Origin: Hormiphora californensis | Lineage: Eukaryota; Animalia; Ctenophora | Length of the DNA: 64,000 bases | Direction of reading: 5' to 3' | Assembly (NCBI GenBank): GCA_020137815.1 | Contig: CM035353.1 | Span: forward strand, 1,488,001 to 1,552,000 | Shown: in pieces, positions 36,396 through 47,567 of the stretch | Numbering within the stretch: position 1 is the first letter of the stretch | How the letters are laid out: every line of letters begins with the position of its first letter | Made by a program: the position numbers and the translations under genes | The notes under the pieces: generated by a model | Database searches by the model: none | What the model was told of the DNA's origin: nothing | What the model saw: the letters and a program-made list of their open reading frames with translations, nothing else

Positions 36396-39385
36396 ACGCG
36401 GCAGGTTTTAATCCCGGTGCCAGGAGCAACACCAGATGGAAGCGAGATGTTCTTTGTATGGATCTTCAGTCCCTCAGGGAGAAGGGTACTCATGTACCTT
36501 TTATCGGGATTACAGAGACATGGCTGAAAGATTACCATTTGGATGCCCAGATTAGTATTCCTGGATACCGGGTTATTAGAGCAGACCGTGCAAGTAGACA
36601 GGGAGGTGGTGTCCTCCTATTCGTTGATGAAGGTGTTCCAGTAAAATGTTCGGCTAATTACGACGATGGGACATGCGAAGTGATTATTTGTCGCCTGGCA
36701 ACTTCAAAAATGTCTGTTGCGGTCCTCTACCGGCCCCCCGACGCCCCGTTCGATAGTTTCCATAGTGCACTCAGCTTTCTTACGGAACAAATCGAGAAGG
36801 ACCCGGATGGTGACCTAGTGGTCATGGGAGATTTTAATTTCCCTATGATTAATTGGAACACTCTGTCAGTTGGCGGTAGATCAGCTGAAAGTACTAGGTC
36901 TGCCCAGGATCTGCTCAGCTTCATGGAAACACACTTCCTTGAGCAGTTCATTACCTTACCAACAAGGGGCCAAAATATACTGGACCTGTTCCTGGCTAAT
37001 AGAGATACTCTAGTTGTGAATACCAATGTGGAAGCAACAGAACTCTCGGATCACAGATTAGTGTCAGTTGGTCTAACATTTCACCCACTGTGTCCCCAGA
37101 AGAGGAGGAGAACCATACCTGAATCTTTTAGATCTTTAGATTTTAATTCCGGAAATTTCGATCTCCTTCGTCAGAAACTGAGTGACATTGATTGGTGTGG
37201 TCTCCGCAGCAAAAGCGATTTTGAGTCCTTCCCGTCCGTTTTTACAGATACCGTGTACCAGGTGTGCTGTTCCGTGTTTCCCCAGATCAAGATCCCAAGT
37301 GGTAAGCCTCGGTGTTTCAAAAAGCTCCGAAGACGAAAAGTAAAACTGCGGGCCCGGATAGCTGCTCTAACGGAGAAAGGGCAAGTAGCGGCTGCGGAGG
37401 AGGCGAAGGTCGAGTTAGGAAATTTGTGTCTTGAAATGAAAGACCAGATACTGACCAGCAAAGATAACCGTGAGAGGAAGGCTAAAGATAAGATAAAGTC
37501 TGATCCACGGTATTTCTATTCCTTTGCCAAATCCTTTGCCAAGGGTAGCTCTGGTATCCCTGTCATTATAGACAAGGAAGGTTCTCCAATCACCGATTCG
37601 AAACAGATTGCAGATATATTCCAGGAGGAGTTCTGTGGTGTGTTTAGCAATCCGGAGAATCCCCAGACCAGAGATCCCACATTTGATAGGCCGACCATAA
37701 AATTGGAAGACCTAGGACTCACGTTCAGTGAGGAGGATATAGTTAAGGCATGCAAAGACCTCGACATCTCCTCGGCCCCCGGTCCTGATGGAATACCCTC
37801 TAGGATCCTCAAGGAGGCTGCCGATGCCCTCGCAAAGCCTATCAGTATGATATGGAGAGAATCATTTCAGCTGAAAAGGGTCCCAGATTACTACAAGATG
37901 GGTCATGTTGTTCCCCTTTTCAAGAAAGGTGATAGGTCCAGTTCCAAAAATTACCGACCGGTGACACTCACCAGCCACGTCATTAAAATCTTTGAACGCG
38001 TGACGAGATCCCATTTGGTAGATTACTTTGAGAGGAACGGCCTATTCTCTGAACGCCAGCACGGGTTTAGATCGGGACGATCTACATTAACCCAGTTATT
38101 GGGATACTTTGACTGGGTTCTGAAAGCCCTCTGCGGTGGTCACGACACTGACACGGTGTTCCTGGACTACTCCCGTGCATTCGACAAGGTTGATATCCGT
38201 CTTCTTCTTGTCAAGATACGGCGTTACGGTGTGCATCCTCAGATCGTTGACTGGTTAGAGTCCTTTTTGACCGGCCGTAAACAAAAAGTCGTATTGGACG
38301 GCTGCCAATCTGAGATTGCACTGATCATTAGTGGTGTTCCCCAAGGAACTGTCTTGGGGCCGCTTCTATTCTTGATTTTTATCAATGATCTGGAGAGTGA
38401 GGCACTGAATGCTATCCTGAGCTTCTTTGCGGACGATTCTCGAGTCAGTATGGAAATCACTAATGAGGGTGACACTGTGAAACTACAGCAAGATCTTGAT
38501 AGAGTCCTGCAGTGGTCAACAAGAAACAACATGGTGCTCAACGAGGACAAATACGAACTGATGGTTCACCATCACCAAAGGGGCGCACTAATCAAGGAGC
38601 TCCCTATGACAGGGGTGTTTTACTCTACTAGTGGTGATACCTTGTTAGCACCATCGGACCAGCTCAGAGATTTGGGTGTAACTGTGTCCGAGGATCTTTC
38701 CTGGAGGCCCCACTATGTGAAGCTTACGACAAAAGGTCGACGCATGGCTCAGTGGGTGTTTGGCGTATTCAGTAGCAGAGATCCGGAACTCATGGTCAGT
38801 CTATATAAAACCATGGTAAGGAGCACTATGGAGTACTGTTCTCCGCTTTGGTCCCCCCAGATGGTAGGCGATATCCAGCTCTTGGAGTCTGTACAGCGCA
38901 GGTTTACATCCAAGATTGCCGGAATGAAGGACTTGGACTATTGGCAACGCCTCAAGTACCTTGGCCTCATGTCGCTCCAGAGGCGAAGAGAACGGTATGT
39001 GATTCTCCATGTACACAAAATCCTTCACGGGGCAGCTCCAAATGAAGTTGATATAAAGTTTCATCGCACTTCAAGGCACGGTCTAAAAGCAGTCCTGCCA
39101 GATCTCTCAAGAGTTAAAAGCAAGAGGAATTCAACTCTCTATGCCAACTCCTTCGGTACATTTGGACCGAAACTATGGAACTGCATCCCAGCTGACCTCA
39201 GAGAGATTGGAGACCTAGCGTCCTTCAAAGCAAGTTTGGATCTCTTCCTAAGAGAGGTTCCAGATTTGCCACCAACCCCTGGATACCCAGCTAATAACAG
39301 AAATTTGTTGACTGAGTGGTGCGGGGGAATCAGGCGGTTCGAAGAATCAACGGATGGCCCTCTAACTTGGAAAAACCCTTCATAA
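36335..39385 (+). CDS. LINE ORF2: AP endonuclease + reverse transcriptase (uninterrupted, ~1000 aa)
   Basis: APE motifs ITETWL, YRPP, GDFN, LDL, SDH; RT motifs PGPDGI, NYRPVTL, QHGFR, LDYSRAFDKV, SGVPQGTVLGP, FADD, DLGV; tail YCSPLWSP...LESVQRRF...SLQRRRER. Alternative start M at 36386. Confidence 0.95.
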   Translation: MAATPHANATLPSRSTCMLLNAAGFNPGARSNTRWKRDVLCMDLQSLREKGTHVPFIGITETWLKDYHLDAQISIPGYRVIRADRASRQGGGVLLFVDEGVPVKCSANYDDGTCEVIICRLATSKMSVAVLYRPPDAPFDSFHSALSFLTEQIEKDPDGDLVVMGDFNFPMINWNTLSVGGRSAESTRSAQDLLSFMETHFLEQFITLPTRGQNILDLFLANRDTLVVNTNVEATELSDHRLVSVGLTFHPLCPQKRRRTIPESFRSLDFNSGNFDLLRQKLSDIDWCGLRSKSDFESFPSVFTDTVYQVCCSVFPQIKIPSGKPRCFKKLRRRKVKLRARIAALTEKGQVAAAEEAKVELGNLCLEMKDQILTSKDNRERKAKDKIKSDPRYFYSFAKSFAKGSSGIPVIIDKEGSPITDSKQIADIFQEEFCGVFSNPENPQTRDPTFDRPTIKLEDLGLTFSEEDIVKACKDLDISSAPGPDGIPSRILKEAADALAKPISMIWRESFQLKRVPDYYKMGHVVPLFKKGDRSSSKNYRPVTLTSHVIKIFERVTRSHLVDYFERNGLFSERQHGFRSGRSTLTQLLGYFDWVLKALCGGHDTDTVFLDYSRAFDKVDIRLLLVKIRRYGVHPQIVDWLESFLTGRKQKVVLDGCQSEIALIISGVPQGTVLGPLLFLIFINDLESEALNAILSFFADDSRVSMEITNEGDTVKLQQDLDRVLQWSTRNNMVLNEDKYELMVHHHQRGALIKELPMTGVFYSTSGDTLLAPSDQLRDLGVTVSEDLSWRPHYVKLTTKGRRMAQWVFGVFSSRDPELMVSLYKTMVRSTMEYCSPLWSPQMVGDIQLLESVQRRFTSKIAGMKDLDYWQRLKYLGLMSLQRRRERYVILHVHKILHGAAPNEVDIKFHRTSRHGLKAVLPDLSRVKSKRNSTLYANSFGTFGPKLWNCIPADLREIGDLASFKASLDLFLREVPDLPPTPGYPANNRNLLTEWCGGIRRFEESTDGPLTWKNPS

Positions 39386-39403
39386 GTAATAATAAGTAAG
39401 TAG

Positions 39404-39430
39404 GAGAGCCAGAGAGACGAGATCGAGAGA

Positions 39431-39461
<31 letters not shown>

Positions 39462-39534
39462 GAGGGAGATAGAGAGAGAGAGAGAGAAAAAGAGAGAGAA
39501 AGAGAGAGAGAGTGAGAGAAAGAGAGCGAAAAGC

Positions 39535-39580
<46 letters not shown>

Positions 39581-39656
39581 CTAGTAGAGAGAGAGAGAGA
39601 GCATCTCCTCTCTCTCCAACTCTCTATCTCTCTCTCTATCTCTCTCTCTCTCTCAG

Positions 39657-39721
<65 letters not shown>

Positions 39722-39722
39722 C
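39404..39722. repeat. (GA)n then (CT)n compound microsatellite
   Basis: Read directly. Confidence 0.9.
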
Positions 39723-41197
39723 TATCTTGTGGTGTATTTCCACTTCAGTGGTGAGCTATTTACGTTCTGCGGGGAGCTATTGTTAGTGCACATATGCCAC
39801 ATACTTCACCTTGGTCCAAGAGAATTAGAAGAGAGAGTTGGACCGTCCAACTCTCTCTTCTGATTCTCTTCTGATTCTATAGCTGTCTTATTTCTACTCG
39901 AAACTCTAACTCTAGAAATTATAGGTGTCTCAGCTGCTCGCAGCTGCACTGCTGCATCGGCATGGGACATGCTTTCAATTCTAGAACTCCACTCTGAGTA
40001 GCTATTTAAATACTGAATTTAGCGCTCCTATCCTTCTTTCTATATTCCACCTCTCTCTCTCTCTATAATAGAGCCCTCATCTACATAACTCATTTTTACT
40101 CGACTCTCACACATTTTTGAGTTAACTTGCTGTGTGTGTGTATCACTAGTTGTATGATCTATATTACTTAGTTAATCAATGCACGTAACATAATTGCAAA
40201 ATGATTGTCGTAGCACTCCGACAATTAAGTTTTAATTGCCACATCTCTAGAAAATTACGTAGAGAGTGGGCTAATTAAAAGATTGCCTCTACTGCACACA
40301 CTCACTGTGCCTGAGTAATTTTGTAATTCGCATCTCATAAATCCTTTCTTCTAAGCATTGTCCACTGAAAATTGTAGGATTCCTCTCCTCTGCATCCTGC
40401 AGTACTGCTTGATCTACCGAACCCTCACAATGCTGTGTGGCCTACTATTATATGTATTATCATGTGAGGCTTTAGTCATCCATTCTATCTCTCTCACAAA
40501 CTCTCTCTCCAACTCCCTATCTTCTCAATTTGTGTGCTGCTGAGTGTGCTTTGTTTCCCCCGATGACAGGCGGTCACCCACAACTGTGTACTATACTCAA
40601 TGCTGCAAAATAGCCACCCACTGCGAATAACTCTCATTGCTCATATGCCTCACTGAAGGATTTACCACAATTGATTCGGTCAGAGAGATAGAGATAGAGA
40701 TAGAGAGGTGTCAATATAGCTGATTCTGAAGGGGTGTCTTTTCCTAGCCTCCCTCCCTTGACCATTATCCTATAGAGTACAAATCATATAGGCTCTACTA
40801 TAGAATTGTTCTAATTAGCTGTAGCTCCAGTCTTTACACGTATTTCCTAGTTTGTAATGTAATTACTTTACAGAGCTTCACATCAATTTCAGCATTTCCT
40901 AATTTCACACTGCGGTTTCTGCAACTCTCCTCAATTTGATCCCAACTTGTATATCCAAACAACATATCTTGAGCTCCTCTTTAGTACCTTATACAGTGTA
41001 TAATACACGTTATACAGTGTATAATACACGTTTCAAAGAATTTTCGTCTCAAACGCCATGCATCTATAGTTGCTTATTTTTAGATTTATCTACCATCATA
41101 TGCTAATTGTCACTTCAGACTTCTGCTTGCCTGTGTTTCGGGCGCACAAATGTAAAGGGAGGGTTAGAACATAACAAACTTCTGCACAGTATAAACC

Positions 41198-41774
41198 ATG
41201 TGTCCCCGAGTGCCGACAGAGGATAGCGTATTTATTGTTTCTCCACCTCGACCACATCATCACCTTGCATTTTCAGGTAGAGCATTTAGCAGACAACTAT
41301 ACAGTCGGACCCCGGTATACCGGGCACCCCGATTTACTGGGCAAAACCATTTTCCCTGAGCATCCCTGTAAATCGGGGTCTGGCTGTAGTATACTGTATA
41401 GTGTATAGGGCTGGTATGGGTTTGGAAGGGCGGGTAGTACAGACAACTTATTTCAGTTCTAATAACTCTCTTTCTATATTTCAGATATAGATATTTTGGA
41501 GTTATGCCGAGAGGTTGCTATGGTAACAGAGGAATTCAAGGATGACCAATCAGAAATCAAGCACCATAACGACGAACTCTGTGGTAGGTTTTTAAGTATA
41601 GCTGTTTCACGGCGCCGGAACTCACTAACACGGTCACAAATGTATATACATAGACGATAAAATATCGTAATACTCACTATCTCTCCGTCTCTATTTCCCA
41701 CACTCTTTTCAGATTCAACAGAAAAATTAGGGAAATCTGTGGACGATGTGCTAGAAAAACTTGAAGGGAACTAA
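41198..41774 (+). CDS. Candidate small 3-exon gene (79 aa, acidic, coiled-coil-like C-terminus), antisense within the PEDS1 intron
   Basis: Exons 41198-41276, 41485-41583, 41713-41774 with good polypyrimidine-AG acceptors and GTAG donors, all phase 1: MCPRVPTEDSVFIVSPPRPHHHLAFS|DIDILELCREVAMVTEEFKDDQSEIKHHNDELC|DSTEKLGKSVDDVLEKLEGN*; AATAAA at ~41792. First exon uncertain; no homology recognised. Confidence 0.45.
41302..41386. mobile_element. Family A MITE
   Basis: TA|CAGTCGGACCCCGG...AAATCGGGGTCTGGCTG|TA. Confidence 0.75.
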
Positions 41775-42551
41775 AATGGAACTACTTCGATAATAAACCG
41801 TTATTTTAAAGGAACTTGATTCTTATCGTAGTTAACTAATATGTATATTAATTCTTCATCAGAACAGTAATTTCTCATTTGTTATTTTCCTGTCAGTGAC
41901 AAACGGTGCTATATGTATTATTAGAGAGCATTTTTTATTGTTTAGTTGCTTTGCTGTTATTCTTATTTAACACCCGTCAATAAAAATCTCTGAATTGTTT
42001 ATACTCGAAATCTCTCCCAGATCGGATCTCAATTGCCATGCTACGCATTCTGTCGTAAGCTCACACCGGACCGAAGGTGTGAAAGCGGGCAGACTGCGAA
42101 CATATCAAATGATATCGGGATAAGGTTAGGCCGTGGCATCCATTAGCCTTAATGGTACAACAAAATTTAGCCCACGTTTACATCTGCAGCATGAATGTAC
42201 ATGACTGTCTACATTGTGGCCAGTCATGTAAGAGATAAGAGGGGATACATGACTTAACTATAAATGCTATTATATTATTCAAACATAAATAAATGCAGGT
42301 GCAAATAGCGTTAGCTTTTAAGTGGTTTTCTCATTTAAAAAACTAACGCGACAACCCTATCACAGCGAGATGTTTTATAAATCACCTGATATATGAGCAT
42401 TGTAACAATACAACAATTTCTTTCGGTGAGATGGCGTTGCTGATTATCGGAACACAAAAGAAAATAGCCCAGTAGAGTGTGACAAGGACTTAAAGTGAGA
42501 GAGAACAGCCCCGATTTTGATGAAATTGGTCAGAATAGTGTTTGGTTTCTA

Positions 42552-43305
42552 GGGTAAGCTGGGGTGAAATGGCCCGCGGGGTAAAGTGGCCCATGTATGG
42601 GGCAAAGTGGCCCTAGTTATTACATGTGGTCACGTGACTTTTTCTCCAGCGGAGACCTGCTCGTTCTGTTCCGAATTTTCGCTTTAAAACTGCTGTCATT
42701 TCTGTTTGGGTTGGCCGATTTTAATTTTGCAAAAACTGCCAGTTAGGCTTTATAATTCTCTAAAACGTGGTATAAAAATTTTTGAAGAAATTGGCATTTT
42801 TGTTTTCTTAATTGTCAATTTTGTGAAATCGGGGCAAATATGGCCCACTCTCCGGGGCAAAGTGGTCCGGTCTGGGGCAAAGTGGCCCACCTCTAGGACC
42901 AATGAAATGGCGCCTGCAATACCACGTGATATTGGAATGCACAAAAATGTAGTACAGACGATCAAATTAGGGGCAAAGTGGCCCATGTTCCGGTGCAGAA
43001 CATGGGCCACTTTGCCCCTAGTTTGATCGTTTCGTCTAACAACACCAGGCACGTGATAAAATCGAGCAATGCTATTGGCTTGGGCCACTTTGCCCCGGTG
43101 CAAATTTTCCAAAAAACGCCTCACCAAATTATTTGAATTGATTAATTAACCCATTAAATAAAACTTGTAGATAATAAAATTTAGCTCGGCTGAAAGGAAA
43201 AGGTTTCATTGGATAGCCTATATAATTTTTTTCTTCCTGCTGTATAAATTGCGTATTTTAGAACCTAAAACGTTAAAAGTGGGCCACTTTTACCCCAGCT
43301 TACCC
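42552..43305. mobile_element. TIR element (GGGTAAGCTGGGGT) with GGGGCAAAGTGGCCC subrepeats, inserted at TA in another repeat
   Basis: TA|GGGTAAGCTGGGGT...ACCCCAGCTTACCC|TA; subrepeats switch orientation at ~43000; the host repeat is uninterrupted at 63430-63545. Confidence 0.85.
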
Positions 43306-43962
43306 TAAGTAGAAGTCAAAAAAATGTTTAGTGCTCGAATCCTAAATTTACGATTTTTAGGTTTTTTAGGCTCCGATGAGGCTTCCTGCTAGCTACGGCC
43401 GGCGGTTTGGTTTTTTTTTAATGATCTAAAGAAAGGACTATTATTTATATTCAACCCAAATACGTATGCGACGGGGTTAGAAATCCAGGTAAGGCCTCTG
43501 ATTGGCTGTGTAGGTTTGGTTTTCCAAGTCGATACAGGTGGTATTGGTGGATGCATCATACATGTATGACCCGATAAGAATCAAAGATTAACAGTAGACT
43601 GGAATTGCCAATTCCGAATTGGTAATGAAGTTACCCCTCCGTGCAAGCGCATGCTTAAGCTATACATCGTATTAACTATGATATATGAGTTATGACTAGT
43701 CCATTAGGGGTGACTTCGTAACGAAAGACTGGAAGTTGGAACCTAATTAATTAATGATAAATAATGGCTGTACAATATTCAAACGCAGAAATTTGATATC
43801 AATACCAATAATTACATTTGAAACTTGAAAGTTGCGGAAAGAAAATTACGAGTTTAACTAAGCATATACCAAAGTCTGACACTCAACGCCAAACGCAGCA
43901 TGACAACATAACAAAAAGGTCCGTTCAACAACAAAACTCATTGATAAGGAAAATGCAAATGT

Positions 43963-46900
43963 TCAATCTCGTCTTATAATCTCCTTCATTTCTATTTCAA
44001 CAGGAACCACTTCACCAGGACGTACTGTAGATTTCTTCAAAAACCCCACAAAAATCACAATATCATCGTAAAGAATCAGTATGGGGTTGATGATGGAGTT
44101 GCAGGGCAGGAAGAAGATGGAGAAGTATCGGTACATGTGAGAGAAGTCAAAGTACTCGGTGTAGTGCATTGCACAAACGATCATAAATGGAACCCAGGTG
44201 AAGATATCCGTGGCAACAAGCACTGATATTTTTCGTTGAAGTTTCCTATTCCTTTTAATCAGTGCAACGTTTTTGTTTTCCCCTCCCTGCACCGCCTCGC
44301 TAGATTTTAGTGTAACAATGTTGATTACCAGATAACATATTGCAATCGAAATAACACACAACAAGTTGCTAACCTGGACCGCTCCTATGTACCAAATCTG
44401 TGGATTATCGGTTCGGACAAAGAAGTTGAAGAGACAGATTCCACTGGTGGCATAAAAGCTCAGACTCTCCACTCTCGGGGAGGTATCGTTGTACATATCT
44501 CCAACAAGATACCGCAATGTTTTCCAATCCATCTCCCCGCCATCGGAAACTGCCTGAAACCGACCGTAGTACCCGAGCAGAATTTTATAGTTTGCCTCCT
44601 TGTTTATTGAACCAACAAAGTACTTGTTGTTTTCATACACCACACTCCTCACAAAGAAATCTTCCAAATATGGAATTACCGGAACAGCCGCAATAACACT
44701 CGCCAAAACTAATATGCCAAGTGTTGCAGAGGCAAGTTTTACCAGATATTTTCGGTTCAGATTAGCTTTAAAGGAAATTTCTGCACTCAATATACCTTTC
44801 ATCCTTATGAGACTCAAGAGGGACATCGAGTATAGAGAGATGAGCGATCCAATAGTGGCGAAAATTCCCAGAAAAGGACAGAGTGGCTTTGTTAGCCATT
44901 CGAACTGGGATTCACAGGTGCTCTTGTTGAAAAAAGTGTCTCCAATAGCCACACAGAGGAGAAACAAACCCTGCAAAAAGTCACCGAATGATATAACCAA
45001 AACAAATGCTTTGTTCGTTCTACCACGGTTCGTTTCCAGTTTAAAGAACTCCTTGAAGCCTTGAACCAAGACAACAACGTTCAGAACCACTGCTACAATT
45101 CCGAGGACCCATGCAGAAACTTTAAAAAAAACATTCGGGAGAATCTTGACTGTAGTGGTACAATCTTCGTTGCATTCATCAGAAAAGTCCTGGCAGTCAA
45201 ATACACCGTCACACCTTCTAGACTTTGCAACAAACTCTTTCGTATCTGTGCACTGAAAGTTATTTTCACATCTTATCTCATCACTTTGGTCACCGCAATC
45301 GTCCACAAGGTCACATACTTTGGAGTAGGGTACACATCGGAGGTTGGAACAACCAAATAAGTTGTTTGTGAATGTCCCATTGGGGCCTTGTACAACTCTA
45401 GTTAGCTGGTGGTCAGTATTAATTGTCAAGAACCGTTCGGAATGAGTCGGGGCACACGACTCCTCCAGGAGAGGCTCCAGGGGGCAGGAAACAGTACAGA
45501 CGCCTGTGCAGGATAGGTAGACGTACAGCTCTCCAAATATATCTTCACATGATTGTTGGTAGCTGACTGGCAAAATCAGTTGAGTGTTTTTGGTGTAAAG
45601 TGCCTTGGGGCCGATATAAAATTCGTTCACTATGCACGGTTCTATGTGCCGGGAAAGGCTCAGAAGTCCGGGGAGACAATACAATATATTCTTTTTGTAT
45701 CCTAATTCAGTCGTCCAAACCTCAGCTCCCAGCTTATCGTTTCTCCTTGAAATGAGGCAGAGAATGTTATCACAGTAGTTTGTGTCAGTACATGCTACAT
45801 CAGAACGCAGCAAGGCGGTAGGATGGCCTGGACATTTTAGCATAACCATCCCAAGGCAAGATGACGGGCTGAGTGACTTGAGCTGTAATGTTCCAAGACC
45901 ACACTTAGTGTACCACTTTCTATCTTTTTCGTCATCGCCATTTTCACAGTCTTCGATACCATCTCCGATCCATTCATTTGGAAATTGAATGGGAATCCTT
46001 TTTTCTGTCATGTACTTTCTTGTACACGAAAAATCGTCGGCCATATAAAGACATGCATTTCCTATTTCATCTTCCCCGCCCTCACAGTCCAACTTACCAT
46101 CGCACAGCTGATGTTTGTGAAGAGTACACTGCCAGCCTGGTGTTCGACACATCTTATCAATGCCATCATCGCATAACTGCTTGTTTCGGGTTATCGATCC
46201 ACAAACCATTCGCTTTGAGACTGTAGTCGGGAACCCATTTACATTGCAAACCAGGGGAGAGCTAGCTAGTGTCTTGGGTTCACTCCCCGAACAGTTCATC
46301 TGATCACGGTAGTTGTTGCAAACAAGTGATGATTTTGTGTTAGCATCGATAGGACCGCACATGTTTTCTTGGATGATTATTCGTTTGTTCGTGAAGGTTA
46401 CAAAATTAATGTTTTCACAAATGGCAACCTGCTGTGATATACACGATGCTTCATCTTTGTTATCGAAACAATTTTTAACCCCGTCGCATACGTATTTGGG
46501 TAGAATATAAACCATTTTCCTTTCTTTAGATCTACAAAAAATACCAACCTGCCGGCCGTAGCAGTTAGCCTCGTCGGAGCACGAAACACAGTCGCATTTT
46601 TCATCGCATATGTTTCCGCGACTAACAAACTCCTCCATTTTCGGTCCCCTCTTCCAGTTACTTACGCATCTGAAATTTCGAGTGTTCAAGTCCATTTCAC
46701 ACTCATACTCGTCTACTGGGGTATCTTCTTTTGTGTTCCGACAATCAGCAACGCCATCGCACCGAAAGAAGTTGTTAGTGCTGGCAGAATACCAATCTCG
46801 ATCAATTAAATAATAAACGGATAGTAATTTCTGTTTTTTAGTAGATATTTCACATGGATACGTTAGACACACTGCATGATTTTTCCTCAAGGCTGTCCCG

Positions 46901-47247
46901 TAGACGATTTCATTTTTAAAGTTGTTGATACCACACAACTGGTAGGACGTTGGATCATCTGGACATATCATGTTCGTCTTGGCATCTCCAAATTTCAATA
47001 TGTTATAAATCTGATAGAATAGGTTCCTCGATGGATCACTAAACGGACACCGGTTCGCCGTCTTGTTCAACACGATGCATTGCTCGCGGAGGTAATCCTC
47101 ATTATCAGCGATGATGGTGCATTTGGAAGGAGGGAAACTGGTGACGTTTTCCCACGTGTCAGTTAGACTGATCCCCATCCAAGGGGTCCAAGTGAGCATT
47201 TGGGCCCTCATTGGACAAACCAGAAAGACAACGGACAAGGGCAACAT
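43963..47247 (-). CDS. Intronless LDL-receptor class A repeat rhodopsin-type GPCR (GRL101-like, no LRRs), ~1094 aa
   Basis: ATG at 47247 with signal peptide MLPLSVVFLVC; many LDLa modules (CDGVADC, CDGVKNCFDNKDE, CDGKLDCEGGEDE, CDLVDDCGDQSDE, CDGVFDCQDFSDE); 7TM with LNVVVL, SFGDFL, ICY, TDIFTWVP, PCNSIINP. Confidence 0.93.
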   Translation of the reverse strand: MLPLSVVFLVCPMRAQMLTWTPWMGISLTDTWENVTSFPPSKCTIIADNEDYLREQCIVLNKTANRCPFSDPSRNLFYQIYNILKFGDAKTNMICPDDPTSYQLCGINNFKNEIVYGTALRKNHAVCLTYPCEISTKKQKLLSVYYLIDRDWYSASTNNFFRCDGVADCRNTKEDTPVDEYECEMDLNTRNFRCVSNWKRGPKMEEFVSRGNICDEKCDCVSCSDEANCYGRQVGIFCRSKERKMVYILPKYVCDGVKNCFDNKDEASCISQQVAICENINFVTFTNKRIIIQENMCGPIDANTKSSLVCNNYRDQMNCSGSEPKTLASSPLVCNVNGFPTTVSKRMVCGSITRNKQLCDDGIDKMCRTPGWQCTLHKHQLCDGKLDCEGGEDEIGNACLYMADDFSCTRKYMTEKRIPIQFPNEWIGDGIEDCENGDDEKDRKWYTKCGLGTLQLKSLSPSSCLGMVMLKCPGHPTALLRSDVACTDTNYCDNILCLISRRNDKLGAEVWTTELGYKKNILYCLPGLLSLSRHIEPCIVNEFYIGPKALYTKNTQLILPVSYQQSCEDIFGELYVYLSCTGVCTVSCPLEPLLEESCAPTHSERFLTINTDHQLTRVVQGPNGTFTNNLFGCSNLRCVPYSKVCDLVDDCGDQSDEIRCENNFQCTDTKEFVAKSRRCDGVFDCQDFSDECNEDCTTTVKILPNVFFKVSAWVLGIVAVVLNVVVLVQGFKEFFKLETNRGRTNKAFVLVISFGDFLQGLFLLCVAIGDTFFNKSTCESQFEWLTKPLCPFLGIFATIGSLISLYSMSLLSLIRMKGILSAEISFKANLNRKYLVKLASATLGILVLASVIAAVPVIPYLEDFFVRSVVYENNKYFVGSINKEANYKILLGYYGRFQAVSDGGEMDWKTLRYLVGDMYNDTSPRVESLSFYATSGICLFNFFVRTDNPQIWYIGAVQVSNLLCVISIAICYLVINIVTLKSSEAVQGGENKNVALIKRNRKLQRKISVLVATDIFTWVPFMIVCAMHYTEYFDFSHMYRYFSIFFLPCNSIINPILILYDDIVIFVGFLKKSTVRPGEVVPVEIEMKEIIRRD

Positions 47248-47335
47248 AATCAATGCAGTTACCCAACCTTGAGTATCAAAAACGAATTGTGTCTAATTTC
47301 GCGTTGTGGAACCATTTATAAAAGTAACGCTACTT

Positions 47336-47567
47336 GCGAGTTGTATTGTTGTATAAAAATGCTCATATATCAGATGATTTATAGAATATCTCGCTGTGAT
47401 AGGTTTGTCGCATATAGCGTTAGTTTTTTAAATGGTCTGAGATGGCGATTTAAAAAAACTAACACCATTTGCGACAAATCACAGCGAGTTGTATTGCATT
47501 GTTGTATAAAAATGCTCATATATCAGGTGATTTATAAAATATCTCGCTGTGATAGTGTTGTCGCATA
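47336..47567. repeat. Two tandem ~145-bp copies of a dispersed repeat; an inverted copy lies at ~42300-42415
   Basis: GTTGTAT...AATGCTCATATATCAG(A/G)TGATTTATA(G/A)AATATCTCGCTGTGATAG twice; reverse complement at 42333-42415. Confidence 0.8.

Larger units (their letters stand above)
35721..39402 (+). mobile_element. Non-LTR retrotransposon (CR1/L2 group LINE), probably 5'-truncated
   Basis: Overlapping ORF1/ORF2; the ORF2 stop runs straight into a TAAG/TAA tandem tail; flanked by (CT)n on the left and (GA)n on the right. Confidence 0.92.
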
